Part shown: positions 59,805-64,000 of the stretch, one piece after another | How the letters are laid out: every line of letters starts with the position of its first letter | Numbering within the stretch: position 1 is the first letter of the stretch | Assembly (NCBI GenBank): GCA_965203325.1 | Contig: OZ241875.1 | Coordinates: forward strand, 3,968,001 to 4,032,000 | From: a bacterium | GTDB lineage: Bacteria > UBA8248 | Direction: 5' to 3' | DNA: 64,000 nucleotides | Translations under genes and position numbers: made by a program | Notes under the pieces: generated by a model | What the model saw: only the letters and a program-made list of their open reading frames with translations | Told to the model about the DNA's origin: nothing | The model's database searches: none

Positions 59805-59973
59805 GTCGGATTCTCCCGATGAACCCCCGGCCTCGGGACGCGGTGGCATACAAGTGCAGTCGCAAGACCCGCGGCGCGCCCCGGGCCGGGAGTGACATCT
59901 TACAACAACGGCGGGGTCGGGGGGTAGGGAATTTTATGACGAATCCCTTCCACATCGATCGGGTTCGACCCCG

Positions 59974-60316
59974 CCGTCATTCCGGCGAAAGCCGGAATCC
60001 ATTTTGACTTTCCAACCAGGCGGGGTGGCCATAACCTTGTTGTTGCGCGGCGTCCGGATGCGGAATTCAGAGAATTCGCCTTTCGTTTTTGTGTTCGATT
60101 CCGATCCTCCCCGCCAGGAGTAAAGACGTCCGAACGAGGAGGAGAAAAGGCAAAGGCGAAAATGGATTCCGGCTTTCGCCGGAATGACGGCAAGAGCGAA
60201 GGGCCGCATGAATGGGATTGTCCAAAAGCCTGGTGGGGCATTGTTTTACCCCCTCTCTCCAGTCGGAATCGACGCCGGAATGACGGCTGTAGGGGCGGTT
60301 CGCGAACCGCCCCTAC
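59974..60316. repeat. CGTCATTCCGGCGAAAGCCGGAATCCA inverted pair plus a GTAG REP
   Basis: Unit at about 59975-60001, its reverse complement at about 60163-60189, and a degenerate copy at about 47825. Confidence 0.8.
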
Positions 60317-60509
60317 GGAAACCCCACACCCTCCTTCTCCGCTCCCCCCAAACCCTCATTCCCCGCCCGCGTCAAACCCGCATTCATCGCTCCCGTCAAA
60401 CCCTCATTGATCAATCGCGTTTGACCCCCGCTCCCCGATAATTCATAATCGAACCATCACTGGATCATGCGACCCGTTTCAGAAGTTGCGCGCAAGTTCA
60501 AATAAAGGG

Positions 60510-60542
60510 TTGACAAAACCGGAAAACTTGCCGCACTATCAT
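60510..60542 (+). promoter_or_regulatory. Putative promoter of the hairpin array and lipoprotein gene
   Basis: TTGACA at 60510-15 followed by CACTAT (18 bp spacer) or TATCAT; an inverted TGTCAA lies at 60546-51. Confidence 0.45.
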
Positions 60543-60570
60543 ATATGTCAAGCAACAGACGTGAGCAGTA

Positions 60571-61379
60571 ATCACAGGGCCGCCCGCTCGATGCAACACT
60601 GACCCATCCGTGAAGAACGGAGAGAGCGGGAACCCACGAGAGAACCTGCTCTCACGAATTGCCTGACAGCCCGGAAGACGACGACCCAGAAGGTTCCGGG
60701 CATAAGCAGTAAAAATCACGAGGCTAGAGGACTCAACCCACGATGCAGCACGCCACAAAACCCCCTCCAGTTTCGTGATCAATAGAAGAGCAGGAAAGCG
60801 GCAGGCCCGGCGGAAGCCGGGGAAGCAGTAAATCACGAGGCCAGAGGACTCAACCCACGGCGAACCACGCCACCAATCCCCCTCCAGTCTCGTGAAGCGT
60901 AAGGCCCGGCGGCCCGCGCAGTCGGCGGCGCGCCGGGAAGAACGGCAAGCCCGGCGAAAGCCGGGAGATGAAATATCACGAGGCCAGAGGACTCAACTCA
61001 TGATGCACCACGCCACAAATCCCTCTCCAGTCTCGTGATCGATTCAAGGAAAGGCCCGGCAGGAGCCTGAAACGAAAAATTCGGCTCGGGGCCAGGAAGT
61101 TTTTTATCACGAGGCTGGAGGACTCAAACATCATGAATCCTGACCAGAATCCCACACCAGTCTCGTGGATAAGCCGGTCACCGGCCCGGGCGCGTGAGTC
61201 CGGGCCGGCGGCCGCGCGCTCCGGCCCCGGTTCGATGATTCGATGAAACGATAGAAGCCCGATAACGAAGGATAAGGAAAGTCGGAAAGTCAAAGAAAGG
61301 AGGTCAAATCCGAACACTACAGTTTTGTTGGTTGCAAAGCTCTTTAATATCACGAGACTAGGAGGACTCAAAAGTGATG
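60571..61379 (+). repeat. Array of SD/anti-SD hairpin units (ATCACGAG.CT.GAGGACTCAA ... CCTCCAGTCTCGTGA)
   Basis: Full units at 60715-60779, 60832-60895, 60975-61039 and 61106-61170; a degenerate unit at 60571-60614; a half unit at 61349-61379 that is the RBS/start of the downstream gene. Confidence 0.9.
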
Positions 61380-64000
61380 AAACTTGACAGAAACAAAATC
61401 TTTTCATTCATGCTGGCGGCTGCCTTCGCGCTGACGCTGGCGGGCTGCGGTGGCGGCGGCACTGCTACTGCGCCTGACGATGATGGCGGCACGATAGTGG
61501 AGACACCTTATAGCAAAGCGGTTGCGGCAATCGCGGCAGCCGAGACGGAGGCAGATGCGCGGGCGGCGGTCACCACGGCAGTGGCCGCCGGCATCTCGGG
61601 CACGGAGCTCCAGGACCTGAACACGAAGGTCGCCGAGCGCGTGGAGGCCCTGGCCCTGATGGCCCGGATCGATGCGCAGAAGATGGCGATGATGAACGCG
61701 GCCGGCATGATCGACACGTCCGACCTGACGACTCAGGCTGCGATCAATGCGGCCGAGGCCGCCATCGCCGTGCTGAAGAGGGCGATCGCCGCCGCGGCCG
61801 ACGTCGACGACACGTCGATGTACGACGCGCAGGTGACCGCGGCCGAGACAGACGTGGCGACCGCGCAGAGCGCTCTGGACCATGCGGCCCAGACGATGGC
61901 GCTCATGAATGCCGTCGATGACCTTCAGGCAATCGACCTGGCCGACCTGTCGACAAAGGAGAAGATCGACGCCGCCCAGGGCGCCATCGACGCGCTTCAG
62001 ACGGCGCTGGACAACGCGACAGAACTGAGCGCTGCCGAGAAGACCGCGGCCATGACCGAGCTGGGGACCGCCAATCGGGCCGTGGCGAGTGCGCAGGGCA
62101 GGTACGACACCGCAGCCCAGAAGAAGGCGCTCGCCGATGCCGTTGCCACCCTGGCCGCTCTCGACCTCGACAACCTGATGACGCAGGCGCAGATCGACGC
62201 GGCCGTGGCAGCCATCACCGGGGTTAATCTGGCTCTGCAGTCGGCGACCAATCTGACCGACGCCGAGAAGCTCGACGCCACCGTCGACGTGACGGTGGCC
62301 CAGCGGAAGGTGGACCGTGCGGAGACGGCTCTCGACGAGAATGTCGGCCGGCAGCGCATGGCGCTGATGGAAGCCGGCACGGCCCTTGCCGCCATCGACC
62401 TCGACGATCTGGACACGCCGGAAAAGATCACCGCGGCCAACGATGCCGTTAACGCGCTCAAGGCGGCGCTGGACGGGGCGACCCACCTGAGCGATTCCGA
62501 AAAGGCCACGTACCAGACCCAACTGAACGAGGCCACGGAGGACGTGAGGATGGCGCAGACCGGCATGGACCGCGCCGGTCGCATGATGGCCCAGCGCACG
62601 GCGATCACGAGTGCCGTCACGATGGCCCGCACTGCGGTCGCGGGTGTGAGCGACACCTCGACCGATAGCGAGGTTGCTGCTGCGGACGCGGCGGTTGCCG
62701 CTCTCAAGAAGGCGATCGACGATGCGGTAGACCTTCCCGAAGGCGATACCGACGTTGCCAGCGCCAGGGGAACGCTCGCCACGCTCGAGCCGCAGCTAGC
62801 CGCCGCCAAGACGAGCCGCACGGCCGCGTTGGAGGAAAAGGCCAAGGCGGATCGGGCGGCCATGGCGAAAACCGGCAAGGATCTGCACGCGGCGCTGGGG
62901 CCGCCTGCTGCGGCTGACACGACCGCGCTGGACAACATCGAGGCACTAACAGCAAGCTCCTTGGTGACATCAGGGGCGACACCAGGCCTTACGATCGACG
63001 CCGTTCAAGGAGCGGGAACGCTCCACGATACTGATGCTGCCGGAAACCCAGACGCCGTGCGCCTCAATCCTGGCGATTCCGCCGGATCGTTGGGCGGTTG
63101 GGAAGGCACGAACTATGCCCGTTCCCAGGGTAGTGGTAGCGCGATGGTCACCAACGAAGCCAGGATCTACACCAACAAGGGTCCAGGGACGACCCGGCCC
63201 TTTAGCAATACAGAGACAAACGGAAAGTACTTGCTCATAACCGCATCGGGCGCGACTAAGGGTCACGTGCTGCTGGGCGATACCACTTCGGGGCAGGAAA
63301 GCCCGGTCACGCGCGCCAGTGCTCCCGCCTTCACGCACTCGGGAACACAGACTCACCAAGTGCCCGACGAGAGCGACGCATTCTACACCAGCGGCACCTA
63401 CGACGGCGCGCCTGGGCGATTCCGTTGCGTGGACACGTCTGCTACGGATCGTTGCTCCTCGACCAACGACGGCACAGGCAGGGTGAGTGCCTTGGGTGGA
63501 ACTTGGCATTTCAAGCCCGATGCCGGCGCGATGGTGATGGAGGCCGATGCCCACTACCTGTATTACGGCTGGTGGGTGAGTAAGGACGATGAGGGCAAGC
63601 CGACGGCGGCCAGCGCGTTCGTGGGTAGATTTGGGACCCCCGGTGATGACTCCGCCACTGACGATGATGGCCTCAACGCTGGATGGACCGGTGGCTTTGA
63701 CGCTCTCACCGGCGCGGCGGCTCTTACCGGTTCGGCGACCTATTCTGGCAATGCCGCCGGCAAGTTCGCCATAAGCAACCCGTTCGACGGCACCGGCAAC
63801 GGCGGTCACTTCACGGCGGACGCCGAGTTTCAGGCGAAGTTCAGTGGTTCTTCTGGCGTCGGTATATCCGGCACCATCGACAACTTCCGGCTGAACGACG
63901 GGACCGAAGACCCGGGCTGGAGCGTGTCGCTGGGGCTCAGGGGCTTTGGCACCGACGGAGCCATCGGTGCTGCCGTGGACATTCCCACGACGACTGTTAA
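61377..64000 (+). CDS. Large surface lipoprotein (3' truncated): helical repeats plus a TbpB-like beta domain
   Basis: Own translation: MKLDRNKIFSFMLAAAFALTLAG|CGGGG lipobox and GGAGG RBS. About 5 Ala-rich ~75-aa repeats (e.g. IDLADLSTKEKIDAA), then YLYYGWW, GSATYSGNAAGK, HFTADAEFQAKF and ISGTIDNF. No stop before the window end (>874 aa). Confidence 0.88.
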   Translation, partial: MKLDRNKIFSFMLAAAFALTLAGCGGGGTATAPDDDGGTIVETPYSKAVAAIAAAETEADARAAVTTAVAAGISGTELQDLNTKVAERVEALALMARIDAQKMAMMNAAGMIDTSDLTTQAAINAAEAAIAVLKRAIAAAADVDDTSMYDAQVTAAETDVATAQSALDHAAQTMALMNAVDDLQAIDLADLSTKEKIDAAQGAIDALQTALDNATELSAAEKTAAMTELGTANRAVASAQGRYDTAAQKKALADAVATLAALDLDNLMTQAQIDAAVAAITGVNLALQSATNLTDAEKLDATVDVTVAQRKVDRAETALDENVGRQRMALMEAGTALAAIDLDDLDTPEKITAANDAVNALKAALDGATHLSDSEKATYQTQLNEATEDVRMAQTGMDRAGRMMAQRTAITSAVTMARTAVAGVSDTSTDSEVAAADAAVAALKKAIDDAVDLPEGDTDVASARGTLATLEPQLAAAKTSRTAALEEKAKADRAAMAKTGKDLHAALGPPAAADTTALDNIEALTASSLVTSGATPGLTIDAVQGAGTLHDTDAAGNPDAVRLNPGDSAGSLGGWEGTNYARSQGSGSAMVTNEARIYTNKGPGTTRPFSNTETNGKYLLITASGATKGHVLLGDTTSGQESPVTRASAPAFTHSGTQTHQVPDESDAFYTSGTYDGAPGRFRCVDTSATDRCSSTNDGTGRVSALGGTWHFKPDAGAMVMEADAHYLYYGWWVSKDDEGKPTAASAFVGRFGTPGDDSATDDDGLNAGWTGGFDALTGAAALTGSATYSGNAAGKFAISNPFDGTGNGGHFTADAEFQAKFSGSSGVGISGTIDNFRLNDGTEDPGWSVSLGLRGFGTDGAIGAAVDIPTTTV

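Noticed and set aside
60571..61379. CRISPR array or integron attC interpretation of the repeat array
   Set aside because: Units are ~65 nt and divergent, the spacers are themselves related hairpins, there is no cas or intI gene in the window, and there are no RYYYAAC/GTTRRRY ends.
60498..63809. Minus-strand ORFs listed in the track (60498, 60976, 61404, 61997, 62970)
   Set aside because: They are antisense shadows of the repeat array and of the plus-strand lipoprotein ORF, which has an RBS and a lipobox.

Overview
GC-rich bacterial window with about 50 CDS. Most encode small-molecule catabolism or transport: two MFS transporters, TRAP-TAXI and BMP-type ABC importers, amidohydrolases, two cyclases, two AtzD/barbiturase ('Toblerone') ring-opening amidohydrolases, a YahF/YahG-like pair, carbamate kinase, a methylcitrate-like cluster and 2-oxoacid dehydrogenase E1/E2. 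Housekeeping genes include pepA, rsmD and leuA, and there is a hicBA module. Intergenic DNA is densely filled with at least five families of REP/MITE-like palindromes. I saw no rRNA, tRNA, CRISPR array or transposase. The most unusual structure is at 60.57-61.38 kb: an array of hairpin units, each made of an SD-like site, a mini-ORF and an anti-SD arm. The last, half copy is the real ribosome-binding site of a large surface lipoprotein gene (61377->64000) that is missing from the ORF track because it has no stop inside the window. Other notable items are a stand-alone promoter/sORF/multi-hairpin/terminator unit at 11.4-11.7 kb, a DnaA-box cluster at 22.4-22.7 kb, and a frameshifted DapA-family gene. 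All functional calls come from motif recognition by eye; no database searches were run.
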